A DNA stretch of 63,834 nucleotides, the filler included. It is 6 parts of 6 records of this genome, joined end to end, with 100 filler letters (N's around TTAATTAATTAA, not from the genome) between each part and the next. Parts side by side here need not be neighbours in the genome. Positions count along the whole stretch, not along the records: positions 22,475 to 32,261 come from DRR378314_1597; positions 32,362 to 39,188 come from DRR378314_1600; positions 39,289 to 48,653 come from DRR378314_1601; 3 more parts are not named here. One strand, 5' to 3'. The position numbers and the translations under genes are program-made. Below are positions 29,014 through 39,372 of the stretch, in pieces (the stretch's first letter is position 1; each line of letters opens with the position of its first letter). The notes beneath the pieces were generated by a model. The model was not told the DNA's origin. It did no database searches and saw only the letters and a program-made list of their open reading frames with translations.

Positions 29014-32000
29014 CAGGCTACAATATATTTTTTGGGGGGGGTCGTTTGTAAAGGTAACTTGATGTCAAGTCACGGCAGAGATTTACATTTTGCGATTCGG
29101 CGGAAAATAAAAGAACTTTTTCTTTGCGGTGGTGGTGTGGCTGCGTCGGTGGGGCCGTGAGACTCTTTGGCGTGGGACAGTTTGCAGCCGCTGCAAGCGC
29201 GTCCTCGAGGCGTGCATCTTGTACAAGACATGCGTATGTTTGCAAATTGCATAGGTAGAAAGAAGCACTTCTTTACCTTTTCTTCGAGCAGGATGGCGAG
29301 GCTCTTGCGTTGTACGATAGAAAGACCGAAGATTGGGCGGGAGCCGCCGGGGTGCGCCAAACGGAATAGGAAGAGCGTTCTGCCGTGAGGATGTAGTCAT
29401 CGCGCGCGGAGGGTATGCATTCATTTGGCTGCTCAATGCACGCGGTGAAGGTTATGCAATGAAATGACATCTGGCTCGAAAAATTAAAATCGTGAATTTC
29501 ACTGCTGACTTATGATTTGTAGCGCGGTGGGTTGGAGTAAGAGTGCTTCATGTTATCGCGTTGAAGGGGGGATGCGAAGCGCTGGCACGAGTGGATGGGC
29601 TGCCGAAGGCCTCGCGCGTTTTCCTCTGCAACATGACCAGCCCCGCCTATGCGCTGCGGGCGTGCACAAGGAGGGGAGAAGAAAAGGTCGCTGTTTCTGA
29701 TAGATATGCGTTTTCATGGTTTATTGCTTTTGCGCACTCCTCGGCGGGCGTCCTCTTGGACCGCTGCAGGCGTGGGGGGGTTGCGAGGCATTCGGACCTC
29801 AGAGTTTGGAAGATGGTGCTGGCGTGCTCTGGCCTGCCTGCCGGATGGGTTGCAGCAGCGCACGGTGTTTCCCGTCCTGCGACGGCATGGGAGAGGCTGT
29901 GGGTATCGAGCGTGCTTATTGACACAACTATCATCCAGAGTATTCAAGACTATTTTCCAACATGCATCGCGCAAGCTGGAGAGACGGCGTGTTTTAGGCA
30001 ACCAAGGGAACAGCACTGCGTAATTAGTACTCTCGCACAGAGCAGCGCGTTCAACTTGTCGCCTCGAACCCTGGCTTCGAAGAATACAGTAATGCTCTCC
30101 CGCCGCTACGGATGAGAAAACAAAAGGTCTGTCCGATATCCCTTACAAAATCACTCGGTGAAACCCTACCAGTTGAGAGTATTTGCGATAAACCGCGTTT
30201 CTTCTCTGAGAACCGTTTGCTTACAAGTGTCGTGGTGTTCAGCGGCGAGGATGCGCGCCAGAACAGCATGGTCGACTTGCGAGGTGATGGTATACGGGTG
30301 CGCATTCCGACAGGTTGCTGCATTTTGCGAGTTACTGAGCATGTTTGCTACAGAATTACATTAACACGTACCCTGAGTCTGATGTTGAATCATTTACCGT
30401 GATATGGCTGTGATTTGAGTGCCCCAAATGAGCAAAGCGGAAACAGGGCCACCAAGGCATGCAGCAGAATGGAGTCGACTATCAAGCCAAACAACGTAAC
30501 AAATACTTCAGTAGTTTGGATCAGACAAGAAGCGGAACCTTCATCCCAAAACCCGTCTCGGAACGTATAAGCGCTGCTACAGTGTGCTGGTGCGGTTTCC
30601 AGGGGCGATCCTGTTTTTCTATCCTTTGTGTTTCTCGGCTTCTACAGTGGCTACGAAGAAGGCAAGGGGAGCCACAACAGCGCTTATGTAAGTATTGGGC
30701 TGGGTTAGGAACGCAAACTGCACCCGGTGTTTTTGCTCGTACGTTCCGCTCTGGCTACATTGACTCCTTCTCTACTGTGTTGGTTAATTTGCGAAGAGTG
30801 CACACAAAAGGTGGAGAAATATCGAATGGTCTTTGATGACCTCCGTTGGGATTGCAACGACCTAGGGTTAGGGGCAAGCTAGCAGATCCACCTTGAAGAG
30901 CCTTCGCTGCCTGCTCCTGTTTGGTTGCGAGGCAATCTCGCGAGAGCGCCCCACGAGGCAGATGCCCGGTCTCTGTTTCCGAAAATAAAAGTATTTACCG
31001 AGCAAAGAGGTTTTGTAGTGCTGCGCAAGGATTCCATGCTACATTAATCCAATGTATGAGTCAGCAGCGGATATGCGGAAGAACTGCCGGATATTGGATT
31101 GCATACACTTGTCATTCCTTTTCGTACGGCGTTACTTTAGCAGTTGGTTATGTGTGCGAGGTAGCAAAGATCCAAAGAACACAAAGAAGCGCGTACGATA
31201 TTACGCACAGAAAAATGAAAAACGTTCATCCGCGAATCATGTTGTTTTATAATCAATGAATTGCCCTGATTACGTATGAAAACGAGAAATTTTCGCGTAG
31301 CGTAAGCAGGTGAAGTGCCAAGCCCCTGTGACGGGGAAGACGCGCCCGACGTTCGGTTGGCTTGGTTCATGCCTAGGATGCTGTTGCAATTGGTTTCGCC
31401 ACACGCCGTCAAGTTTTAGCGGTGTCGTAAGCTCAGAGAGGATTTTCTATGTGACCATCAAGGACAACAAGAAGGCAAAATCACTGGAAGCTTCTACTGC
31501 GGTTCTCCCACTCTCCATGTTGACGTACTTTGTACTCAACGACATGTTCATGTACGAAGGATGCTCTTGCTTTAATTATAGGGATATCCAAACTTTCGGG
31601 GAGCCTGGGCTCGATATCAAATCATCTGTTGGCGATTTCAAAGTTCCTTACACTCATTTTGACACAGACGATTCGAAATTGTTGAACTTCATTGCAACGA
31701 TGACCTCTGTTGTTGTGAGAAACTGCCAGAATACCAAAGTGGCCGCGCTTGTAGACTCAATGGACGGCATGGCGTAGCGCGGAAGAATAGCAGTGGCCGA
31801 TGGTGCTGTGAAAGGATGGTACTTTCCACCAAAAAATGTTCAATCGGATTCCTTGAGATCCGTAACAGAGGTGTATGTTCTCGGTCTTGAATGGTCGCGC
31901 GTGTTGCATTGGTCACGGCTAGTGGCAAGAACAGAGGTTTGGGCCATTCTTCTTTTCATGATTTCCCCTAAATCAAGAGTGGTGGTTTGCTGTGTACGCG

Positions 32001-32221
32001 AAACCTTGTGCCCCATTCTCGAATAAAATGGCATTGTCACTTTCGGCTGGATTTGGTTTGGTTTACCGTTCTGGTCACATGCCGGTTGATTTAAAATTCG
32101 GCATACTGTTACTTGCAAAACCAAGCGTGGGATCGTGGGGAAGCTTGCGGCTAAAGACCTCAGTTTGTCAGCTTATTTCCGTGCCAATACCAACCCTTTG
32201 CTCTTTTGGTCTGTCCAGGCG

Positions 32222-32261
32222 CAAACCAAACCAAACCAAAACAAACCAAAACAAACCAAAA
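32222..32261 (+). repeat. (CAAAC/CAAAA)n microsatellite at contig end
   Basis: CAAAC CAAAC CAAAC CAAAA CAAAC CAAAA CAAAC CAAAA; short inverted copy TTTGGTTTGGTTT near 32052-32064. Confidence 0.85.
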
Positions 32262-32361
32262 NNNNNNNNNNNNNNNNNNNNNNNNNNNNNNNNNNNNNNN
32301 NNNNNTTAATTAATTAANNNNNNNNNNNNNNNNNNNNNNNNNNNNNNNNNNNNNNNNNNNN
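32262..32361. other. Artificial contig linker
   Basis: 44 N + TTAATTAATTAA + 44 N. Confidence 0.99.
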
Positions 32362-33333
32362 CGTCGCCTGAATATTGTCTGCATGATACAGAACAAATTC
32401 TGCATCCTGTGCCGGGGCGCCTTCGTTGTCTTCGCCCAGTTCTTCCCATCGCAAAGCACGGTCGACCAAAGCCATCGAAATCGCTTTGCGTTCGTTCAGA
32501 CCAAACACCAGACCATAACCGCGCGTAAATTGCGGAGGCTCGGTTTTGGATCCCTTGAACTGATTAACGGTTTCGCATTCGGTCAGTGTCACTTCGCCGA
32601 TATCTATGGCAAAGCCTAGTTCCGGGATGTGCATTTCAACTGGCACTGAACCGATCCGCAGTTCACCAACAAATGCGTGGTTGCGGGCATACCCACGCTG
32701 GGTAGAGTAGGCGAGGCCGAGCGTAAAACCTTCGTCGGCTCGGGTGAGCGCCTGCAGGCGCAAGGCACGTTCAGCGGGCATTTCCAGTGGTTCCCGTGTC
32801 AGATCGGGAGGGGGCGCATCATCGTGCAAAGCCTCTTCGATAAGGCCTTCGCGATTCAAGAATTCGGTCACATGCGGAACTTCTCCGACCTGTGCCTCCC
32901 GCATAGGGGCCTCTGGAAGATCGCTTTCGGCGGCCAGTTTGAAATCCAGTAAGCGATGCGTGTAGTCAAAGGTTGGCCCCAGAACCTGTCCACCGGGTAG
33001 GTCTTTGAAGGTAGCGGAAATTCTTCGGTCACAGGCCATAGCGCCAGTTTCAACGGGCTCTGAAGTGCCAAAGCGAGGCAACGTCGTGCGATAGGCGCGA
33101 ATTAGGAAGATTGCTTCGATCAGGTCGCCGCGCGCCTGTTTGATCGCCAGTGCAGCGAGGTCGGGATCATAAAGCGACCCCTCGGCCATGACGCGGTTGA
33201 CCGCAAGGCTCAGTTGTTCTCGGATCTGTGCGATGCTCAGTTCAGCAACATCGGTATTACCTCGGCGCTCCTCTGCCAGCCACGCATGCGCGTTTTCAAT
33301 CGCGCGCTCGCCTCCTTTGACAGCCACATACAT
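32362..33333 (-). CDS. phnI: C-P lyase complex subunit PhnI (3'-truncated by contig end)
   Basis: MYVAVKGGERAI, EGSLYD, RAYRTTLPR, RRISATFKDLPGGQVLGPTFDYTHRLLD and YSTQRGY. Confidence 0.97.
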
Positions 33334-33896
33334 TACGAAACCTCCGTCGTTCTGGGCAAAGCAGCCAACTGGTTTTCGCAGGTCAGAATGAAATCGAGAC
33401 CCAGAGGAAATAATGCCCGGTTGGACTGGAGAGCCGGCACGTCAGGTACAGACAACGCCGCGCGATCCTTGATACCTGGGCCAGTCAGAGTTGCCCCGGT
33501 CGTATCAAGTGCGGGGCACTCCACGATCAGTGTGGCTGATCGGTCAGGATATTCCGAAGTGCCAATCTGGTACGCCGACAGCGGCCCAAGCGCATCCCAT
33601 GTGCCGACAGCAAACATGCAATGTGTCGAGCCGGTGGTTGGGGCGCCTGTGTGAAAGGCTATCCATGCGCGGACCGCCTCGCAATCAGTCTCGCCAGCGA
33701 GATGGACCGGAGTATCCGTGTCGCAGAGGGTCAACAACACACAACCAGCTGCGGGGGACAGTGGGGCAGGGGGTGCGGCACCTGAAATCGTCTGAAGTGT
33801 ACCGGGCCGAGCCATGGCTTCCATGATGCCCCGGAACGCATGCGCCAATTGAATGGCCGGATCTTCGAACCCGCCAGACAGAGTTTGCGTCTGCAT
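33333..33896 (-). CDS. phnH: C-P lyase subunit PhnH
   Basis: FRGIMEAMARPG, LLTLCDTDTP, FHTGAP, GTSEYPDRSATLI, LTGPGI, FPLGLD and LPRTT. Confidence 0.95.
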   Translation of the reverse strand: MQTQTLSGGFEDPAIQLAHAFRGIMEAMARPGTLQTISGAAPPAPLSPAAGCVLLTLCDTDTPVHLAGETDCEAVRAWIAFHTGAPTTGSTHCMFAVGTWDALGPLSAYQIGTSEYPDRSATLIVECPALDTTGATLTGPGIKDRAALSVPDVPALQSNRALFPLGLDFILTCENQLAALPRTTEVS

Positions 33897-34351
33897 CAGT
33901 CTTCTCCCCGAACCATGGTGAAAAAGTCGACCTTGGTGGCCGCAGCTTTGGAAACCCGCACAGTTTTGGCAGCGATCATTTCAGCTTCTAGAGGCTCCAG
34001 CACAGAGGCACGCAACAACTTCGCCGCTTGTGTCTGCATCAGCGCGTCAACTAGAGCTGCCGCCTCGGCGTCTGCCTTGCGTCGTCCCTGAATATAGGCG
34101 TGCCCGATCTCGCCCGCCTCCAGCGTCAGCGCACAGCGGGTCACGGTTATTTCCCCCAGGTTAAACGGCGCGCCGGTGCCGCCCATTCGCGCGCGAACCA
34201 TGGTGCTGCCAACCTCAGGCGCGCGAAGCCAGGTAAACGCGGGCCGTTGAATTGCGGCGTCCAGCAGCTTGGCAACCCGCCCGTCGGGGGCCTTTGCCAG
34301 AAGGCCCATCCAAGCCTTTCGGGGATTATTCTCGTCAAAAGTGTCTTTCAT
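33896..34351 (-). CDS. phnG: C-P lyase subunit PhnG
   Basis: RKAWMGLLAKA, LRAPEVG...R.GGTGAPFNLGEITVTRC and AAATKVDFFTMVRGED; start 34351. Confidence 0.96.
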   Translation of the reverse strand: MKDTFDENNPRKAWMGLLAKAPDGRVAKLLDAAIQRPAFTWLRAPEVGSTMVRARMGGTGAPFNLGEITVTRCALTLEAGEIGHAYIQGRRKADAEAAALVDALMQTQAAKLLRASVLEPLEAEMIAAKTVRVSKAAATKVDFFTMVRGED

Positions 34352-34370
34352 CTCGACAACTTTTCCATTT

Positions 34371-34386
34371 ACTATACAACTATACA
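34371..34386. promoter_or_regulatory. Putative PhnF operator in the phnG-phnF divergent promoter
   Basis: Perfect tandem ACTATACA-ACTATACA (TGTATAGTTGTATAGT on the minus strand) in an AT-rich spacer; resembles GntR/HutC-family GT-N-TA-N-AC half sites. Confidence 0.5.
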
Positions 34387-34432
34387 TATATTAACACATC
34401 CGGGCTCTGTGGACAGAGGAGATTTGTGAATT

Positions 34433-35152
34433 TTGCGTAACACGACTGGTACGACTCCGATCTGGAAAGCCATTGCAGACACTTTGCGCGCAGATCTGGC
34501 AGAAGGGCGGTACGTGCCCGGGGATAAACTGCCGACTGAGGCTGCGCTGGCCGAGCGCTTCGGGGTGAACCGTCATACGGTGCGTCACGGCATCTCAGCG
34601 CTGGTGGATGAGGGCCTTGTCCGAACGCGCCGTGGAGCCGGGGCTTTTGTGGCGTCGACGCCTACGGATTATCCAATCGGAAAGCGGGTCCGCTTTCACG
34701 AGAACCTGATCGCGGCGGGCCGTCAGCCCGAAAAGCGCGTGTTGCAGGTGGAAACGCGCTCAGCGACGCAAGGCGAAGCCAGTGCTTTGGATATCGAGGT
34801 CGGAGGTGCGGTCTGCGCCTATCATGGTTTGTCTCTGGCTGACGGGCAGCCGATTGCAATATTCGAAAGCCTGTTCCCGCTTGAACGCCTTTCTGGCCTG
34901 ATAGCCGCGTTGAATGAAACAAGCAGCGTGACCGAGGCATTGAGATCGGTCGGCATCGCGGACTACACCCGTGCGACGACGCGGTTAACGGCTGTCCGGG
35001 CTAACGCCACGCATGCCTTGCATCTGCAGCTTTCCGAAGGGGACCCACTGCTACGCTCATCAGGTGTCAACGTGGATGAGGGGGATCAGCCGGTTGAGTA
35101 CGGTCGCACCTGGTTTGCGGGTGACCGCGTGACATTGACGCTTGAAAGCTAG
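34433..35152 (+). CDS. phnF: Phosphonate metabolism transcriptional regulator PhnF (GntR/HutC)
   Basis: wHTH LPTEAALAERFGVNRHTVR plus UTRA domain; TTG start after a GAGGAG RBS. Confidence 0.93.
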   Translation: MRNTTGTTPIWKAIADTLRADLAEGRYVPGDKLPTEAALAERFGVNRHTVRHGISALVDEGLVRTRRGAGAFVASTPTDYPIGKRVRFHENLIAAGRQPEKRVLQVETRSATQGEASALDIEVGGAVCAYHGLSLADGQPIAIFESLFPLERLSGLIAALNETSSVTEALRSVGIADYTRATTRLTAVRANATHALHLQLSEGDPLLRSSGVNVDEGDQPVEYGRTWFAGDRVTLTLES

Positions 35153-35766
35153 GGTTCATATTTTTCCAGAAATGCCGCGGCTGAAAGCCTGCGGAAATCA
35201 ATCAGCGCATTGCGCAGTGCGTCATGGGGCCAATCCCACCAGGCAAGGGCGATAAGGCGATTGGCGATATCTATTGGTTGGCGCGGGCGCAAAGGCTTCG
35301 CCGGGGCTCCGGCGACGATGGTGTAAGGGGCAACATCTTTGGTCACAACCGCTCCTGCTGCTACAACAGCACCATGGCCCAGAGAGACCTCGGGCTTTAT
35401 CATTGCACTTGCACCGATCCATGTGTCGTGACCGATCTCGATGATGCGAGACTTGCGGTGGGCAAAGAATTCCTCATCCCGGTCAGCATCGCCCCAATAG
35501 TCGTCTGAACGGTATAAAAAATGATGGCAGGCCGCGGTGTGTAGCGGATGATCGGTGGCACCTATCCGCGAAAAGGAAGCGATATTTGCGAATTTGCCAA
35601 TCCGGGCGTTAGCGATGTCTGCATATCGGTCACAGTAGCTGTAGTCGCCTAGAATTGAATGAGCGACTCGGCTGCCATGTCCGATTTCAACATAGGCTCC
35701 AAAGTCGCTTTCCGTGATTGTGCAGTCCGGATGAATGCAAGGCTGATCAGCCGCAAGTCGTGCCAT
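35149..35766 (-). CDS. Phn-cluster hexapeptide-repeat (DapH/Vat/CatB-like) acetyltransferase
   Basis: GDYSYC, IGKFANIA, IGHDTWIG, GHGAVVAAGAVVTKDVAPYTIVAGAPAK and WWDW; start 35766. Confidence 0.88.
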   Translation of the reverse strand: MARLAADQPCIHPDCTITESDFGAYVEIGHGSRVAHSILGDYSYCDRYADIANARIGKFANIASFSRIGATDHPLHTAACHHFLYRSDDYWGDADRDEEFFAHRKSRIIEIGHDTWIGASAMIKPEVSLGHGAVVAAGAVVTKDVAPYTIVAGAPAKPLRPRQPIDIANRLIALAWWDWPHDALRNALIDFRRLSAAAFLEKYEP

Positions 35767-35768
35767 GA

Positions 35769-37082
35769 TTATTCCTTGCGTCCAATCAACTTCGTACGCA
35801 ACTTGCCCGACAACCAATCCATAAACATCACCATGCAGATAATCAGAACAATGTAATAGGCGACTTCTTCCCAATCCTTCTGGGTTTGAATGGCCTGTGT
35901 CAGCATTAGGCCAATACCACCTCCTGTTATTGTACCAATGATTGTTGCAGACCGTGTGTTGGATTCGAGAAAATAGAGGATTTGCGCCAGAAGTACCGGC
36001 ACGACCTGCGGGATCACTCCGAAACGATAGCGCTGCAGCGGTTTTGCCCCGGTTGATACGACGCCGTCGATCTGCTTTTGATCAACATTTTCTAACGCTT
36101 CCGAGAAAATCTTGCCGAATGTTCCGGTGTCGGTAATCAGGATCGCCAGCGCACCGGTCAGGGGCCCGGGACCGAAGGCACGGGCCAGAACCACTGTCCA
36201 GATCAGGGCATCGACACCCCGCACAAAATCAAACAGCCTGCGGGTGGACGCGCGCAGAAGCATGATCGGGGAAAACCGTTTTGCTGCCAGAAAGGAAAGC
36301 GGCAGTGCCACGATCGCAGCACCCATGGTGCCGAGAAACGCCATCAGGATCGTCTCGCCAATCGCCCATGCCACATCCTTGTGGCGCCACATGGCATTGT
36401 TCCACCAGTCCGAAACAGCGCCCACTATGTTCGAGCGCGCAGGATCCAGCCGCTCGCCGAACAGGATTGTGCCAAGGCTCTGTCCATAATACGGGCTGTC
36501 GAGGGTGAACCAGAACAGTTCCCATCCGGGGAAGTAGTTAAACACTTCGGTGCGGGCACCCGTTAGCGTAATGCGACCTTCAGGTGTTGTAATCCCGATA
36601 CGGCGGTCCGACGCCGAGATCCAATTGGGGAGTGTATCCGGCAGGTTGCTTGTCAGCTTACGGCCCTCGGCCTGAACCTGAATCAGTTGAAAACCCGGGA
36701 TTTCAATCTCGGTGGAGTTCTCAGGCAAGTAACGCACGACATATCCATCACCCAGATCGATTGTGGTGATTTCATCTCCGGTCACCCAGTCGGGGCGCTG
36801 GCCTTCGGGATAACGACCTTTCCGCTCTCCTTCGATGGTGTAATCGATTTGACCCGTTCTATTGTCGCGTGTGACGTGAACCTTGTGTGACCAACTGTCC
36901 GAGACGAGTGTGACCGCATTGTCCAGATTGGCGCGCTGGGCGAGGCTTTGAAGGTCGAAAGCAACAAATACATAGACCAGATACAGCAGAAGCACGGCTG
37001 GAAGTCCGAACCCCGCCAAGCGTTTGCGCCGAAAGAGGTTGTCGGCCTCGTGTTTGATAAAGGAAAGGTCTGCGGCAGTCAT
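35769..37082 (-). CDS. phnE: Phosphonate ABC transporter permease PhnE (long form with extracytoplasmic insertion)
   Basis: ETILMAFLGT, FGPGPLTG, GKIFSEALENVD and ESNTRSATIIG. Confidence 0.92.
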   Translation of the reverse strand: MTAADLSFIKHEADNLFRRKRLAGFGLPAVLLLYLVYVFVAFDLQSLAQRANLDNAVTLVSDSWSHKVHVTRDNRTGQIDYTIEGERKGRYPEGQRPDWVTGDEITTIDLGDGYVVRYLPENSTEIEIPGFQLIQVQAEGRKLTSNLPDTLPNWISASDRRIGITTPEGRITLTGARTEVFNYFPGWELFWFTLDSPYYGQSLGTILFGERLDPARSNIVGAVSDWWNNAMWRHKDVAWAIGETILMAFLGTMGAAIVALPLSFLAAKRFSPIMLLRASTRRLFDFVRGVDALIWTVVLARAFGPGPLTGALAILITDTGTFGKIFSEALENVDQKQIDGVVSTGAKPLQRYRFGVIPQVVPVLLAQILYFLESNTRSATIIGTITGGGIGLMLTQAIQTQKDWEEVAYYIVLIICMVMFMDWLSGKLRTKLIGRKE

Positions 37083-37954
37083 TGATTTTGCCCTTCGATC
37101 AGGCGATTGCGGTAACGGCTTGAGAGTTGGTCAAAAAAGACAATCGTCCCAAAAAGCAGGATGAAGATCGCGCCAGCCTCATCAAAGCGACCGGGCCCCC
37201 AGGCCATGGCGTTGCGCAGCTCATAGCCCAGGCCACCGGCACCAACGAAGCCAAGAATGGCCGACGCTCGAATATTGATTTCGAAACGAAGTAGGGCATA
37301 GCTGATGTAATTCGGGGCGACTTGTGGCAATACGCCAAGAAGCATGCGCTGCAACCATGTTGCACCTGTGGACGCCAGACCCTCGACAGGTTTCAGGTCG
37401 GTATTCTCCGCCACTTCCGAAAACATCTTGCCAAGGGCACCTGCGGTGTGAATGGCGATCGCGATCATAGCAGGGACGGGCCCGCCGCCCAGGACAAAAA
37501 TTAGAACTAGCGCTATCACAATCTCCGGTACCGCGCGCATGATGTCCGAGATACGACGAAACACTGGGATCAACCGGGGCCATTTAGCCAGTCCACGCGT
37601 TCCAAGTAATGAAAGAAAAAGCCCACCGATCGCCCCGATCAGGGTTGAGACGGCGGCGATATTGATCGTTTCAACAAGCGCTGGGAAATATCTGAGGATA
37701 AGGGCTGGCATGTCGGCGCGCTTTTGCCACGCTTCTGAAAGAACATCCGCCGGATAGTCGCCAATTTGGTGCAGGCCTTCCCAGAAACCACCTGCATTTC
37801 TGTCATCCGCGATGTTGAATCCAGACACCATCAACACGACGAAGATCAACAGAGCCAAACCGCCGTAAAGTCTGCGACGCTGAACCTGAGCCAAATAGCT
37901 GGATTGAATGGCGTCGATGCCGCTCAGCGTCATTCCGATTGTTTTGTCTGTCAT
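37079..37954 (-). CDS. phnE: Phosphonate ABC transporter permease PhnE
   Basis: RAVPEIV, GALGKMFSE and LLRFEINIRASAILGFVGAGGLG. Confidence 0.95.
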   Translation of the reverse strand: MTDKTIGMTLSGIDAIQSSYLAQVQRRRLYGGLALLIFVVLMVSGFNIADDRNAGGFWEGLHQIGDYPADVLSEAWQKRADMPALILRYFPALVETINIAAVSTLIGAIGGLFLSLLGTRGLAKWPRLIPVFRRISDIMRAVPEIVIALVLIFVLGGGPVPAMIAIAIHTAGALGKMFSEVAENTDLKPVEGLASTGATWLQRMLLGVLPQVAPNYISYALLRFEINIRASAILGFVGAGGLGYELRNAMAWGPGRFDEAGAIFILLFGTIVFFDQLSSRYRNRLIEGQNQ

Positions 37955-37972
37955 CCTCGACCCCCGAACATG

Positions 37973-38002
37973 AAAACCGGCAGCCGCGTATGGGCCGCCG
38001 GT
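37973..38002 (-). terminator. Hairpin after phnD (terminator or mRNA-stabilising stem)
   Basis: Minus strand reads ACCGGCGGCC-CATACGC-GGCTGCCGGT-TTT. Confidence 0.55.
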
Positions 38003-38017
38003 CCAGTATGATGTTGT

Positions 38018-38929
38018 TCAGCCGCCGATCTTGGCTTTGCGCGCTTCGACGATTGAGATGTAGGTGTCATGCGTGACAGGTTGGAAACCAAGTGTTTCAC
38101 CGGCCGCGACACCATAGGCGCATTCCGGGTCCTTCTCATGCAGCCCGTCGACCAGTTCGGTCATCGTGGCGCGCACTTCAGCAGGGAGGGCTTTGCGCAG
38201 AACCACAGGACCTTCCGGAATTACATTGGATTTCCAGATCTGTACGAGGTCGTTCATATCGACCAGACCCGCATCCACCGCTTTGCGCAGCGCGCCCGAG
38301 TTGTAGCCATCTTCCCAGTTACCCTGAGCATCGGCCCAAGTCACGCCGCCATCGATGTCGCCATTGCTGACGGCGACGATGGTCTGCTCATGCCCGCCAG
38401 TGAATTTGACCTCTCCAAAATACTCACCGGATTCCATGGTGATGCCATCTTTGTACTGGGGAATCTCGATCGAGGGGATCAGGTAGCCAGAGGTCGAATT
38501 TGGGTCGCCAAAACCAAAGACCTTACCCTGCATGTCGTCCAATGAAGCCACACCGCTATCTTTGTGTGCAAAACCGATGGAGTGATAGCCGATGGAACCG
38601 TCTACATTCACCTTGATCAGCACCGGCTCTACTGCTTCAGGGTCTTGTAGGTAGGTGGCCGCGTATGAGGATGCGCCAAGCCAAGCCATGTCAATGGTGC
38701 CGCCCAGCAGGCCTTGGATCACGCCATTGTAATCTGCGGGCGCAAACAGCTTGGTTTCGACGCCGAGCGCTTCCGAAGTATAGTCCGCCAGGCACTGATA
38801 AGAGTTCATGCGGTCCTGGGCGTTTTCACCGCCAAGGATGCCGATGCGGAATTCTGTGATTTCTTGGGCAAATGTGCCAGTGCTCAGGGTAGTGCTGGTA
38901 ACCAACGCCAGTGCTAGGGTCTGTTTCAT
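38018..38929 (-). CDS. phnD: Phosphonate ABC transporter substrate-binding protein PhnD
   Basis: Signal peptide; GILGGENAQDR, DYNGVIQG, GDPNSTSGYLIP and FTGGHEQ. Confidence 0.95.
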   Translation of the reverse strand: MKQTLALALVTSTTLSTGTFAQEITEFRIGILGGENAQDRMNSYQCLADYTSEALGVETKLFAPADYNGVIQGLLGGTIDMAWLGASSYAATYLQDPEAVEPVLIKVNVDGSIGYHSIGFAHKDSGVASLDDMQGKVFGFGDPNSTSGYLIPSIEIPQYKDGITMESGEYFGEVKFTGGHEQTIVAVSNGDIDGGVTWADAQGNWEDGYNSGALRKAVDAGLVDMNDLVQIWKSNVIPEGPVVLRKALPAEVRATMTELVDGLHEKDPECAYGVAAGETLGFQPVTHDTYISIVEARKAKIGG

Positions 38930-39022
38930 AGGTCTCTCCAGGTTTGTTTGCCCTATCGATGTTCGGTTATTTCAGGGCAGGTCGGTGGTTGACCCTGCAA
39001 CGCTGCAGGGAAGTCAACTGAG

Positions 39023-39188
39023 TCAGACGTAGGCTTCCGCTTCGCGGACTTCCGGTCTGTCCAGTGTTTCGATTTCGGTTGAAGTGGCCGCTTCGGAAAA
39101 ATCTGACCCGGCACCATAGATGTCGCGCGCCACGCCGGTGGTCAGTTGCGCGGGCGTACCGTCAAAGACGATCCGACCGTCGCGCATC
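39023..39188 (-). CDS. phnC: Phosphonate ABC ATPase PhnC, C-terminal fragment
   Basis: Hand translation [37 protein letters not shown]...EAYV*; lies upstream of phnD. Confidence 0.85.
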
Positions 39189-39288
39189 NNNNNNNNNNNN
39201 NNNNNNNNNNNNNNNNNNNNNNNNNNNNNNNNTTAATTAATTAANNNNNNNNNNNNNNNNNNNNNNNNNNNNNNNNNNNNNNNNNNNN
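39189..39288. other. Artificial contig linker
   Basis: 44 N + TTAATTAATTAA + 44 N. Confidence 0.99.
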
Positions 39289-39318
39289 CAAAGCCGGCCG
39301 GCAGGATCCCAGAGACCT
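39289..39318 (+). repeat. REP/REPIN-associated repeat segment
   Basis: CAAAGCCGGCCGGCAGGATCCCAGAGACCT is 29/30 identical to 48774-48803. Confidence 0.8.
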
Positions 39319-39372
39319 CGCCAAAAGCGACTCTCTAACCTAACAACAACGATGAACCGGGAGAGCCCCAAA

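Noticed and set aside
30862-30873. Telomere-like TTAGGG motifs (also at 26143-26152)
   Set aside because: Only about two imperfect units each, which cannot be told from chance or from a telo-box; there is no array.
34424-34440. Out-of-frame GTG mini-ORF just after the phnF RBS (possible frameshift or leader peptide)
   Set aside because: The in-frame TTG at 34433 gives a full-length PhnF, and nothing supports function for the four-codon ORF.
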